This document shows positions 19,744 to 29,616 of a DNA stretch of 64,000 bases, in pieces. Both the position numbers and the translations under genes were made by a program. The DNA comes from an uncultured Bdellovibrionales bacterium. Lineage in GTDB: Bacteria; Patescibacteriota; Minisyncoccia; Moranbacterales; DUUL01. Each line of letters begins with the position of its first letter. The first letter of the stretch is position 1. The DNA lies in contig CAYFUG010000001.1 in NCBI GenBank assembly GCA_964346295.1, positions 20,325-84,324 of the forward strand, in the 5' to 3' direction. Under the pieces are notes generated by a model, which saw only the letters and a program-made list of their open reading frames with translations, had not been told where the DNA came from and did not search any database.

Positions 19744-20366
19744 TTATCGCCTCCAAAACTTCATTAGTAACGAGTTAGTTACCACGCTCACCGAAGAAAA
19801 GGCCACTGCTAGAGCCGCTAAAGCTGGCTTGAGTAAAAATCCAAAAAAGGATACAGGAGACCGGCTGCCACCGGAATACCGATAGTATTATAAAAGAAAG
19901 CCTAAAACAGATTCTGCTTGATCTTCTTTAGAGTATACTGAGAAATTTCAATCGCCTCCCGAACATCTTCCAGGTTACTCTTCACTAAAACAATTTCTCC
20001 GGTTTCCAAAGCCACATCGGTACCGCTTCCTAAGGCAATTCCCGGGTCTGCTTGGGCTAAAGCCGGAGTATCGTTCACTCCGTCACCTACCATCGCCACC
20101 ACATAGCCCTGTTTTTGCAATTCTTTAATTTTCTCTGATTTATCCCGAGACAGTACCTCCGCTAAAACTTCTGCTACTCCCAGCTTTTCACCCAGTGCCT
20201 CCCCTACTCCTTTTTTGTCACCCGTAATTAAGAAAACTTTTTTGTTTTGCGCTTGCAATTTTTTAACCACTGCCTCCGCATTGGATTTAAGTTGGTCCAT
20301 AATTGCCAATACTCCCACTGCCTTACCTCGAGCCACCAACAAAGGCGCCTGCCCTTGCTGGGTCAT
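19744..20366 (-). pseudogene. copA: Remnant of a heavy-metal P1B-type ATPase (copA-like): C-terminal HAD/ATP-binding part and TM7-8 only, with an in-frame TAG at the conserved Trp and a frameshift
   Basis: VAMVGDGVNDTPALAQADPGIALGSGTDVALETGEIVLV...QNLF-TAG-AFFYNTIGIPVAAGLLYPF, then after a -1/+1 shift in a T5 run LLKPALAALAVAFSSVSVVTNSLLMKFWRR; about 450 N-terminal residues are absent (only about 230 bp to the next gene). Confidence 0.8.
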
Positions 20367-20596
20367 TTTTTCAATTTCTTTTTTTATTTCCGAAGGAATT
20401 TCTACCTGCTCTTTTTTAAAAAACGCTCGTTACCTAGTAGTAATTTTTAGCTTAATGGAAAAAATGTAATGCTATTTTCTTGAATTTTCTATTATTAAAA
20501 ACGGCCTTTCTCTGGCTGCTTTTAATAATAAACTCACTACATCACCAAATAGATACCCAACTAGATCGTCCGGTAGTCCTAATCTAAAACAGCTCT

Positions 20597-21967
20597 TTAC
20601 TCCTCCTTCTTTACAGCATCAAACCTGAGAATCAAATCTTTCTTAAGAATATCCTCATGAGTAAACTCACCTTCCTCTGTTTTTACTACTACTTTAATCG
20701 GCACATCTCCCACTCCCGACTGTTTCTGAATCTTGAGGCGATAATTCTCCTCCTTAAAGCGCTCCGGCAATTCGTAAGTGATTTCCGCCTCAGTTTGATC
20801 ATTAATCAAAACATGTGCGATAAAGCCAAAGTAATCCTTATTGTAATCCTCCTGAAGATTAGGATAGCTTACCATTTTGCGATCCAAAAGATTAGACCCC
20901 CGGGGAACGTACATCCGCAAATAAGTATGATAATCACTAGTGCGCCAATCCCCGTGAGTGGCCGTATGAGTGTAAGTATAATCTAATTTAGCGAGAGGTT
21001 TTTCGGCCGTTAAATCTACGGTGTAAAGAATTTCACGCTCCATATAATGGTCCGACTTCAAGGCTCCCATATTAGCATCTATCAGCATCAAATAATCACC
21101 CTCCCACTGCTCATCTACTTTGCCTCCCCAATTCACCTCCTCTACTAAGGCCTGGAGTTCGGGCTCTTTAAAGTGAATCATCACATCCTTGTTTCGCAAT
21201 TCTTCTAGGGTAAAATCGGCAATTTTTTTAATATTCCCTAACTTAAAAAGCTCCTCTACGATTATCGGGGCCAGTTTCTTGATTATCCACTTGCGGTTTT
21301 GAGTATCCAAATTTTCATTAAAAAGGTAGGGTTTTTCTACTTGCTCTTCTAACTTAGACACCGCATTTTCGCTGTTATACTCTCCTATTCCCGAGACAGT
21401 GATCGGACCGGTCAAACCCAGTACTCCATTCAGTACTTTGGCATTCACCGCGATCACCCCATCAAAATTGCTATTACCCCCCGAAAGACGATAAAAATAT
21501 TTAGCCTTCTCCACATTCCGAGGAAAATCCGCTGAGAAGTTAGAGTCTCGAAATTTCCATTTTTTGATCTGCATCATTCGCTCAAAGGGATAGGGCGGGG
21601 TTATTTTAGCCTCAATTCGTTGGTCCAATAGATTAGCATCTTCTACAAACAAGGAGGTCACTTCTCCGTTTTTTACCTTCACCACAGCGTATTGTCCTAA
21701 AAATCCTCCCCCCGGCCGCAATTCCATATTATTTTGCAACATCAATAAATAGCGCCGCTCCACATCATCTTTTTTCATAAAAACCTGGGCCAATTGATCA
21801 ATCACTTCCACTTCTTTTTTGGTATTTTCTTCCATCGGCAAAAATTTCACTACCTCGGTCATGGCAGAAAATACTTTTACTGCCACTACTTTCTTATCAA
21901 TCATCCCCTGCTTGTTCATCCAAAATAACACTCCTCCCCCCAAGATAGATAGCACTATCAACACCAA
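20597..21967 (-). CDS. Hypothetical membrane-anchored extracytoplasmic protein (456 aa); start uncertain (TTG in track, possible frameshifted N-terminal extension)
   Basis: N-terminal TM then large hydrophilic domain; overlapping 74-aa ORF 21958..22182 in another frame could be its N-terminus. Confidence 0.5.
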   Translation of the reverse strand: MVLIVLSILGGGVLFWMNKQGMIDKKVVAVKVFSAMTEVVKFLPMEENTKKEVEVIDQLAQVFMKKDDVERRYLLMLQNNMELRPGGGFLGQYAVVKVKNGEVTSLFVEDANLLDQRIEAKITPPYPFERMMQIKKWKFRDSNFSADFPRNVEKAKYFYRLSGGNSNFDGVIAVNAKVLNGVLGLTGPITVSGIGEYNSENAVSKLEEQVEKPYLFNENLDTQNRKWIIKKLAPIIVEELFKLGNIKKIADFTLEELRNKDVMIHFKEPELQALVEEVNWGGKVDEQWEGDYLMLIDANMGALKSDHYMEREILYTVDLTAEKPLAKLDYTYTHTATHGDWRTSDYHTYLRMYVPRGSNLLDRKMVSYPNLQEDYNKDYFGFIAHVLINDQTEAEITYELPERFKEENYRLKIQKQSGVGDVPIKVVVKTEEGEFTHEDILKKDLILRFDAVKKEE

Positions 21968-22452
21968 AAAGATTCGAAAGGATTTCCCTCGTCTTTTTTT
22001 TCTGTTAGCGGCAAAGCGGCCTTGGGGCTAGAAGATCTCAAATTAGAGCTAGAATTAGAAAAATTACTAGGATTACTTCGCAAGTTGCGATTGGTAAAAA
22101 TTCTTTGCTTATTCATGAAAATGAGCTTGGTTTTAGTTTTCCTCTGGGAGCACTGTTTAATAATCAATTTTGCACTCAACAATTACTAACAAACAGAAAA
22201 GAAAGGTTGCGGATAATTTTTTGGTGCGTAAAATTGGCTAATAAAAAATAATTTCCTCGTAATAAAAACCACGAGGGAAGATTGCTCCTAGAAAGATTCC
22301 GTCTATTTTTAAGCTTACTTAAGCAATATACCAAAAAATCAAACCTTTGTCCAAATAGCTATCCGAGTTATCCACATCTCTATAAAACTCTGCCTTCTAA
22401 TGAGCCTTGCCTGGCTTATACCGAACGAATTAATCCCAAATACTTAAATGCT

Positions 22453-23472
22453 TCAAAAGGTAGTTTCTCGTAGTTCTTTTTCAATTTCTTTTTCCCACTG
22501 TTTATATTGCTTCCGACTCATTAAGCCGTTAGTAGCACCCAACTGAGTAATCACCCTCCGACTAGCAAGCATGGCCCATAGCATGGCACGCCTCAAGTCT
22601 GCCTTTTCTGAAAAACTAGTCAAAAATCCACTCACAAAGGCATCTCCCGCTCCTACTGTATCCGCTACTTTATTTTTATCCTGAATACTCGGCAAGTAAA
22701 AAGTCCACTCTTCGTTACTAGCGTAAGCTCCGGACGCTCCATCGGTGATTACAATATTAGCCACCTCCCATTCGAGGAACTGCTTTAATAATTTAGGCAT
22801 CTCGTCTTCTACTTGCCCTTTGACTCTTTGAATAATTTCTAAAGCTTCATCTCGATTAACAAATAAAATATCCACTTCTGCCAAAAACTTAACCAGTGCC
22901 TCCGATCCCTTTTCGATTTGGAAGCTAGAAGGATTCCAAGCAATCCCGGCTTTTTTATCTTTAGAGAATTCAATCACCTTTTCCATGTCTTCCTCCCAGC
23001 CCTCCTTTTGAGAGCCAATGTAAATCCAATCCACCTTTTCTCGAAACTTTTCTATTGCCTTGGCAACGTCAAAGCCCTCCACCGAATCTCCGGTTCGCAA
23101 AATTACATGATCATTGTGAGCTAAATCAGCAATTACTACGGATATCTGACTGTTCTGAGATCCTCCTTGCTGCATATAATTCTTTTTAAGCTTCCTGGCT
23201 CCAATTTGCTTGAGAATCCACTTTCCGGTTCCTCTTCGACAAGTCCGGGCCCAGATAAAGGCCCGGGTTCCTCCCTTAGTTAAACCACTCGCCACATTTA
23301 CTGCGCTCCCTCCCACTTCTTCTCGATATCCCTCTGCGTAAACCTTAGCCCCGAATTCTAATCCCATCAATTTCTTAGCCGTTAAATCCTCCGAGTTATC
23401 GATAATGGTAGTACGCCCTAGAGATAAAAACACATCCTTAGTAGCCGAACCCAGACAAATAATTTTTTTCAT
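22453..23472 (-). CDS. PfkB-family carbohydrate/sugar kinase (ribokinase-like)
   Basis: DTVGAGDAF motif near C-terminus; N-terminal GSAT.D glycine-rich. Confidence 0.8.
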   Translation of the reverse strand: MKKIICLGSATKDVFLSLGRTTIIDNSEDLTAKKLMGLEFGAKVYAEGYREEVGGSAVNVASGLTKGGTRAFIWARTCRRGTGKWILKQIGARKLKKNYMQQGGSQNSQISVVIADLAHNDHVILRTGDSVEGFDVAKAIEKFREKVDWIYIGSQKEGWEEDMEKVIEFSKDKKAGIAWNPSSFQIEKGSEALVKFLAEVDILFVNRDEALEIIQRVKGQVEDEMPKLLKQFLEWEVANIVITDGASGAYASNEEWTFYLPSIQDKNKVADTVGAGDAFVSGFLTSFSEKADLRRAMLWAMLASRRVITQLGATNGLMSRKQYKQWEKEIEKELRETTF

Positions 23473-23498
23473 GATTGGTTATTTTAATTTTGTAACTA

Positions 23499-25625
23499 TC
23501 ACAACTTAAATTCTAACGAACCCAACATCTTCTCGAAGCTTTCCCAGTCAACCTTATCAGCCGGAGCCTTAGCGAAAAATGTTAGCTGGTAATTACCTAT
23601 AATTGTCCAGTACATAATGGTCTCCGGAGGATTTCTTTTAATAAACTCATTACTGCCCAAAACGATCTTTTCAAAGCCAGAATTCTCGCTCTGATTCTCA
23701 GTGAAAATCTCATAGAGCTTGTCAACCGATTTTTTTTCTTCTAATAATTTAACTCTAAACTCTACTATTTCAAAGCCATTAACAACAGAAAGATCGTCAG
23801 AAAGATCGTCGATTAAATAACGAGCGAAAGTTTTGCCTGGCTCCTGGGGGTAATTATTGATCCTTTTTATCAAATATCTTTTTTGCCCATCCATAAAGAC
23901 AAACTCATCATCCACTCCAAATTCTAGATCTCTTCTCCTTGAGTTGTAAGAGATGTCACCTCCCTGATTAACACTCTCATTAACCTCAGATAGCCCGATA
24001 CTCTCATCTTCGCCGCACTGTTCAATACTCATTTCCCTGGAATCAGGAGAGTCTTCTAAATAAACCTTTGGTATTTTTTTAGAATCTACTTCGGTAGGAT
24101 ATCTCTCAAGTATAAGCTCCTCATCAACAGACAATTTTTCCATGGTTTCTCCTCCTCCCATATTCCGAGATAAGCCTGTCTCGAGCTCTAAGAGCTTAGA
24201 AGGTCCACTACTGTAAGTCATAAATAGATACTTTTCGTCAATATTAAAAAGCGAATCCACTTCTGAAATGGGTCCCTTACTAGCCAATTGATAACTTTCC
24301 TTGGTTACCTGATCTAAGCTCTGCTTGATAATAAAATGATCTTTTCCTCTCATTACCAAATCATCTTCATTATCAATTTCAATTCCGTACTCCTCGGCCT
24401 TTACCGGACAATAAATCTCTTTTCCTATTAAAGCAAAACTCTTGCAAGGCGCCAAATTATCCAACTTAACTATCCTAGGACTACAAGAGTGAATATTTTC
24501 AGCCTTAAAAAATTTACTCCCTTTTTCTAGAATCGTAAAAATCAAAGTATCCTCATCTAGCAAGGCAAAGTTTTGATCTACTAGAATTGTATACTCACTA
24601 TTTTCCACTCCATCTATTTTATCCACAACCACTCTGCGACCTCCATTTTTAGGATCAAAAACCACTAAAACATCATGCTTAGAAGCCTCTGCCTCTTTTT
24701 GTTTATCAATAAAGCCATTAAACCTATAGCCACAAACGAAACTCGTCCCAGAAATATCCCATTTGCATAAGTCCGGACAAACCTTAATTCCGTCGAAAGT
24801 CTCCATAAAACAAAGCTCTGTCTTCTGAGATGGATTATCCACTGACAATAATTCTTCGCAATCACCATATCGACCATAATCCTCACAACTTACAAAGTAT
24901 TTTCCATTGGGAGAAATGTAACCAATGTTTTCTTTTCCAGAAGAAAACAATTTCTGCTTCTTGTTTCCATAAAGCCCACTTATCAAAATTTCCCCGCTCT
25001 CTTCATCCTCGCCCGGGTAAATAAAGCGGGCAACTGACTCCAAGGGCTTTTTAGTCTCATAAGCTTGCTGGAATTGAAGTCCTTGTTTAACTGCCGTTGT
25101 TCCAAGAAAAACAATCGCGATTATTATCAAAGCGACTAACGAAGCGGCAACCACAGAAGAAGACACTAGTACTCTTTTAAATTTTTTCTTATTCCTAGTA
25201 ATTAAGCCCCGCTTCTCCAAGATACTAACAACAACAAAAATAACCATGAGAGAACTCAAAAGAGGGAAAAAAGGAAAAAATAAAAATTCACCAGCAAAAG
25301 AAAACTTTAATCCGGTAACCAACATTACAAAGACAATCAGAGAATAAGGAATGCTTAAAACAAGAGCTTCCCACGGATCTTGGCCAAACATCAAAAAGTC
25401 AATAAATTTATAAATTAAAAAAACAGAAAAAGAGAGTGTCAGCAGCAAAACATAAATCAAAACAGTAAGCAAAATTCGCCCCTTTAAAGAGCTCTTCTCT
25501 GGGCTTTGTTGGGAACCTTCAGTTCTTGAACTGCTTTGACTAAGATTTTCTTTTTCTTCTTGCTCACTAAAATTTACTTGGTTTTCCATTTTTTTATTTT
25601 TTCCTGAATTTATAATAGCATTCAC
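23499..25625 (-). CDS. Membrane protein with large Cys-containing extracytoplasmic domain; paralog 1 of a tandem pair
   Basis: About 45% identity to neighbour across whole length; shared blocks FIYPG.EESG.IL.SG, ENIGYISPNGKYFVSC, VDWESFEKMLGSLE. Confidence 0.6.
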   Translation of the reverse strand: MNAIINSGKNKKMENQVNFSEQEEKENLSQSSSRTEGSQQSPEKSSLKGRILLTVLIYVLLLTLSFSVFLIYKFIDFLMFGQDPWEALVLSIPYSLIVFVMLVTGLKFSFAGEFLFFPFFPLLSSLMVIFVVVSILEKRGLITRNKKKFKRVLVSSSVVAASLVALIIIAIVFLGTTAVKQGLQFQQAYETKKPLESVARFIYPGEDEESGEILISGLYGNKKQKLFSSGKENIGYISPNGKYFVSCEDYGRYGDCEELLSVDNPSQKTELCFMETFDGIKVCPDLCKWDISGTSFVCGYRFNGFIDKQKEAEASKHDVLVVFDPKNGGRRVVVDKIDGVENSEYTILVDQNFALLDEDTLIFTILEKGSKFFKAENIHSCSPRIVKLDNLAPCKSFALIGKEIYCPVKAEEYGIEIDNEDDLVMRGKDHFIIKQSLDQVTKESYQLASKGPISEVDSLFNIDEKYLFMTYSSGPSKLLELETGLSRNMGGGETMEKLSVDEELILERYPTEVDSKKIPKVYLEDSPDSREMSIEQCGEDESIGLSEVNESVNQGGDISYNSRRRDLEFGVDDEFVFMDGQKRYLIKRINNYPQEPGKTFARYLIDDLSDDLSVVNGFEIVEFRVKLLEEKKSVDKLYEIFTENQSENSGFEKIVLGSNEFIKRNPPETIMYWTIIGNYQLTFFAKAPADKVDWESFEKMLGSLEFKL

Positions 25626-25627
25626 AA

Positions 25628-27658
25628 TTAACGCTTTATCTCCAGCGAACCCAGCATTTTCTCGAAACTCTCCCAGTCCACCTTGTTGGATGGGTGCTTA
25701 ATCAAAAAACTAACTTGATATTTACCTGTTCTAATCAAATAAAAGGAAGTGTCTCTCTTAACATACTCATTGCCACCCAAAGTCAACTTACTATAATCAA
25801 AGTCAGTCCCATCTTCTTGTTGCTTGTTCAGCAAGTATCGGTAAAACTCCTCCGTGGAAGATTCCTCTTCTAAAAGATTAACTCTAACCTCTGCCATCTC
25901 AAAACCATTCACCACTGCCAGATCTTCAATTTGATAGAAGGCCAAAAACTCTTGATTCGCTCCTTGTTTTTTAAAAAGCCTTTTTATCGAATACCTCTCT
26001 TGACCATCCAAAAAAATCAACCCGTCATCCACTCCAAACTTCAGATCTTCCGGGCCAGAAGCCTGGGGATCGCTCGCCTCTCTTTCCGAGTTATAAGGGA
26101 TGTTCTCTCCTTGGTTAATGCCCTCATCAAGTTCGGACGAACCGGCATTCCTACCTTCCCTGCACTGTTCAATTTTTAGCCCCCTGGAATCAGAAGAGCT
26201 CTTTAAATAAGGTCGAGGAGTTTTCTTTTTATCCTCACTATTCTTAAATATAATCCCCTCATCCTCTTCCATGTAATCCTCCTCCCATTCAAATCCTCCT
26301 CCCAGATCCCTTACTAAACCACTCTCCGTTTCTATTATCTTGTAAGATCCTCCGTAGCGAGAAAGAGCGAAAATATACTTACCATCAACGCCAACAAGAA
26401 CCTCTGTCTCTGGGATTGGTGCCTTATTGATAACTTCAAAATCTTCTCTAGAGGCCTGATTCAAGCTTTGCCTAATAATAAAATGCTCGTAGCCCTTCAC
26501 TTCAAAATTATCCTCGTCGTTAATCTCAATTCCCTGCTCTTCGGCTCTCACAACACAATAAATGCCCTCTCTTTCCAACACAAAACTCTCGCAGTCAGCC
26601 AAATTTTCCAATTCCGTTACCTTGGGCCTACAAGAGTAAATGTCATCTAATTTCAAAAAACCTCCCATTGCCTTATTAATAATCAGAGAATCTTCGTCCA
26701 AAAAATCAAACCCCTTCACCTCGCCTGCAATACCAGCTCTCCCAAGGATTTCTATTTGCCTTCCCGTTTTAGGGTTGAATAAAAGTAACCCGTTTTTAAT
26801 ACTGCAAACTAAACTATTACTACCAGAGTCCCAGTCACAAAACTGGGGACATTTTTCAGTTTCACCGGAAGCTCCTTTTTGGCATAAATCAATTTTCTTA
26901 GAAGGATCCTCAGCTACATGCAATCCTTGACAATCCCCATACCTTCCATGGCCCTCATCACAACTTACAAAATATTTTCCGTTAGGAGAAATATAGCCGA
27001 TATTTTCTTCTCCGGAAGAAAATAACTTCTCTTTACTCTCTTCATAGATTCCACTTACCAAAATATCCCCACTCTCCTCGTTTACTCCAGGATAGATAAA
27101 GCGACTTTCAGATTCCACCGGCTCTCTGGTTTCGTAAGTTTCCTGGTAATAATCCTTCTCTTGCGATATGCCGAAAGACTGATTAAACTGAATAATCTTA
27201 TCAAAAATAAACACTACCGCACATAAAAAAAGCGGCACTGCCAAAATCCTATTAAATCTTTCCCGATTTTTAGTTATAATATGCGACTGCTCTAAAACGC
27301 TAACAATAAAAAAGATCATTGCCAGAGCTCCCAGTAGAAAAGCAAAAGGAAACAAATCAAAAATCGCCGCCCCTCCCCCAAATATCGGAACCACTCCTAG
27401 AACACCAATTAAAAAGACAGTTTGGACTATCTCACCAAAATCAGTCCGGAGCAAACCCCTATCCGGATCAAAATTAGCGAAAGCAAAAAGATATAAAACA
27501 ACTACAGCCAAGCAAAACAACGATACATATATTGCTATCGTCATCAATAACTTCCCTACAAAATCAAACTTCTTCTCTCTTGGTTGATTCCCCAATTGAA
27601 AAGAAGCAGGTTCTTTTTGCCCTTCTTCTTGATCACTAAAATTTACTTGGTTTTTCAT
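25628..27658 (-). CDS. Membrane protein with large Cys-containing extracytoplasmic domain; paralog 2 of the tandem pair
   Basis: See paralog 1; identical N-terminal MxNQVNFS(E/D)QEE. Confidence 0.6.
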   Translation of the reverse strand: MKNQVNFSDQEEGQKEPASFQLGNQPREKKFDFVGKLLMTIAIYVSLFCLAVVVLYLFAFANFDPDRGLLRTDFGEIVQTVFLIGVLGVVPIFGGGAAIFDLFPFAFLLGALAMIFFIVSVLEQSHIITKNRERFNRILAVPLFLCAVVFIFDKIIQFNQSFGISQEKDYYQETYETREPVESESRFIYPGVNEESGDILVSGIYEESKEKLFSSGEENIGYISPNGKYFVSCDEGHGRYGDCQGLHVAEDPSKKIDLCQKGASGETEKCPQFCDWDSGSNSLVCSIKNGLLLFNPKTGRQIEILGRAGIAGEVKGFDFLDEDSLIINKAMGGFLKLDDIYSCRPKVTELENLADCESFVLEREGIYCVVRAEEQGIEINDEDNFEVKGYEHFIIRQSLNQASREDFEVINKAPIPETEVLVGVDGKYIFALSRYGGSYKIIETESGLVRDLGGGFEWEEDYMEEDEGIIFKNSEDKKKTPRPYLKSSSDSRGLKIEQCREGRNAGSSELDEGINQGENIPYNSEREASDPQASGPEDLKFGVDDGLIFLDGQERYSIKRLFKKQGANQEFLAFYQIEDLAVVNGFEMAEVRVNLLEEESSTEEFYRYLLNKQQEDGTDFDYSKLTLGGNEYVKRDTSFYLIRTGKYQVSFLIKHPSNKVDWESFEKMLGSLEIKR

Positions 27659-27738
27659 TTTTTTCTACTTTTTATTTTCTAATCACAATCTTAAAGGCTT
27701 CTTCATTCCACTCAAAAAGCCTTGCTTTGTTATTGAAT

Positions 27739-27782
27739 TGTTTAAATTTGACACCAAAATTTTCAAAATTTGAAAGCCTCAC
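27739..27782 (+). repeat. Partial copy (3' module) of the dispersed intergenic repeat, just downstream of the hydA stop
   Basis: gacaccaaaattttcaaaatttgaaagcctc versus copy F taacaccaaaattttcaaaataggaaagtcc. Confidence 0.5.
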
Positions 27783-27787
27783 CCAAA

Positions 27788-29572
27788 CTAGCTTCGGTCA
27801 GTATAACTCGTATGCAAAAACTCCTCGGAAAGTTCCCCACCCGGCTCGCCCAGAAAATCCTTGTACAATTTTTTGATGGCCGGATTATCATGAGATTTAC
27901 GAAGCGGCATGTTTTTGTCCTTTTTGTAAATCGCCTCTAAGCGCTTCTGCCTCACCGCTGAAGTAGTGGGAATCGGCTGGCCGCCACCACCTAAACATCC
28001 ACCCGGGCAAGCCATTACCTCTACAAAGTGATAGTCGCACTCCCCTTTTTTAATCAACTCCAAAATCTTCTTGGCATTATGAATCTGATGGGCCACCGCC
28101 ACTTTAATCTCCAACGGCTCAGGTCGTCCCTTTCCTTTAGGAATAGTTACGGTGGCCTCCTTGATACCTTCTAAGCCACGCACCTTGTCAAAATCTAACT
28201 TCGGCAAATCTTGAGAGGTGATCTTTTCGTAAGCCGTTCTTAAGGCCGCTTCCATCACTCCTCCGGTGGCTCCAAAGATAATCCCCGCTCCTGAATACAA
28301 CCCCAGGGATTGATCAAATTCACTCTTTTTGAGTTTGGGTAGCTTGATGAAGCGCTTCTTGAGAGCTCGAGCTAATTCTCGAGTAGTCACTACCAAATCC
28401 ACATCCTGCAAACCATCTCGGCTCATCTCTTCTCGCTGGGCCTCAAATTTTTTACTAGTGCAAGGCATTACCGAAATACTGGCCAAATTTTCTCGATTAA
28501 CCTTTTTTTGATCAGCAAAAAAAGTTTTCAACAGTGCTCCCAACATTTGCTGGGGCGACTTAGCGCTCGAAAGATGCGGAATCATTTCCGGCCAGTATTT
28601 CTCCAGATATAAAACCCAAGAAGGGCAACAACTGGTAAACATTGGCAATTTCGTATCTTTACCCGCCAATAAATCCTCCACCCGGTGAATAAGCTCCGCT
28701 GATTCCTCTAGAATGGTCAAATCGGCCGAAAAAGTGGTGTCGAAAACATAATCCGCCCCCAGTTTTCTCAAGGCAGTCGGAAGCTGATCCTGGGCAAAAT
28801 GCCCCGGCTCTAAACCAAATTCCTCTCCAATCGTAAATCGCACCGAAGGCGCTACTTGAAAAATTTTAAGCCTGGATTCATCCTCTAAAATTTCGTCTAG
28901 GCGAGATAGATCATCCTTTTCAGTAATGGCTGCCGTCGGACATTGAATACTACACTGACCACAAAAAATACAATCCAGGGGCTCTTGATCCGGAGTGCCC
29001 ACCCGAGTTTGAATGGCCCGATGATGCATTCCGTAAGCTCCGACTGCTTGCACTTCTCGACAAACTTTGATGCAACGCCGACACTCAATGCAATATTGAC
29101 TATCGCGAGCAATGGAAGGATTAGCTTCATCCACTACTCGATTTTTTAAGCTTTCTTTGAGGGTTCTTAACTGATCCTCTTTCTCAAATACGCCGTAATT
29201 CGGGACCAACTCTTTAGTGTCTAGTTTCATCTCCTTAGCCATTTTCTGCAGCTCACAATTTCCGCTTCTCCTACACTGAGAGCACTTCCCCGCATGATCC
29301 GCCCACAAGAGCTCTAAGTTAATCTCCCGGGCTTTTTTGATCTCCTCATCTTCCGTGACTACTTCCATTAAATGTTCAGCGGGAGTATTACAAGAAGTCA
29401 CCAAGCCTCCCGTTTTATCGGTTTTCACTAAGCACATCCGACAAGCTCCCTCTGGCGCTAAATCGCCATGGTAACATAAAGTAGGGATAAAAACACCTTC
29501 CTTTTGGCAAACCTCTAGCACTGTTTGCCCTTGTTCGAAATCGTAGATTTTTTTGTTGATTTTTATTTGCAT
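27788..29572 (-). CDS. hydA: [FeFe]-hydrogenase catalytic subunit, monomeric CpI-like (M3 architecture)
   Basis: H-cluster motifs FTSCCPSW (L1), MPCTSKKFE (L2), EVMACPGGCLGGGGQP (L3); N-terminal 2Fe-2S (CYHGD...CRMC), His-ligated 4Fe-4S (HAGKCSQCRRSGNC), two 4Fe-4S ferredoxin motifs. Confidence 0.95.
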   Translation of the reverse strand: MQIKINKKIYDFEQGQTVLEVCQKEGVFIPTLCYHGDLAPEGACRMCLVKTDKTGGLVTSCNTPAEHLMEVVTEDEEIKKAREINLELLWADHAGKCSQCRRSGNCELQKMAKEMKLDTKELVPNYGVFEKEDQLRTLKESLKNRVVDEANPSIARDSQYCIECRRCIKVCREVQAVGAYGMHHRAIQTRVGTPDQEPLDCIFCGQCSIQCPTAAITEKDDLSRLDEILEDESRLKIFQVAPSVRFTIGEEFGLEPGHFAQDQLPTALRKLGADYVFDTTFSADLTILEESAELIHRVEDLLAGKDTKLPMFTSCCPSWVLYLEKYWPEMIPHLSSAKSPQQMLGALLKTFFADQKKVNRENLASISVMPCTSKKFEAQREEMSRDGLQDVDLVVTTRELARALKKRFIKLPKLKKSEFDQSLGLYSGAGIIFGATGGVMEAALRTAYEKITSQDLPKLDFDKVRGLEGIKEATVTIPKGKGRPEPLEIKVAVAHQIHNAKKILELIKKGECDYHFVEVMACPGGCLGGGGQPIPTTSAVRQKRLEAIYKKDKNMPLRKSHDNPAIKKLYKDFLGEPGGELSEEFLHTSYTDRS

Positions 29573-29616
29573 ATTTGAAAGTTACTTTTGAAAAATCTAA
29601 AAATAAGCAGACTCCT

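Noticed and set aside
19899-19901. In-frame TAG at a conserved Trp position raised the possibility of stop-codon reassignment
   Set aside because: TAG, TAA and TGA each terminate well-conserved genes in this window (tpiA and rtcB end in TAG, ftsZ in TAA, 3092..3583 in TGA). The same gene also has a frameshift and a missing N-terminus, so it is a pseudogene.
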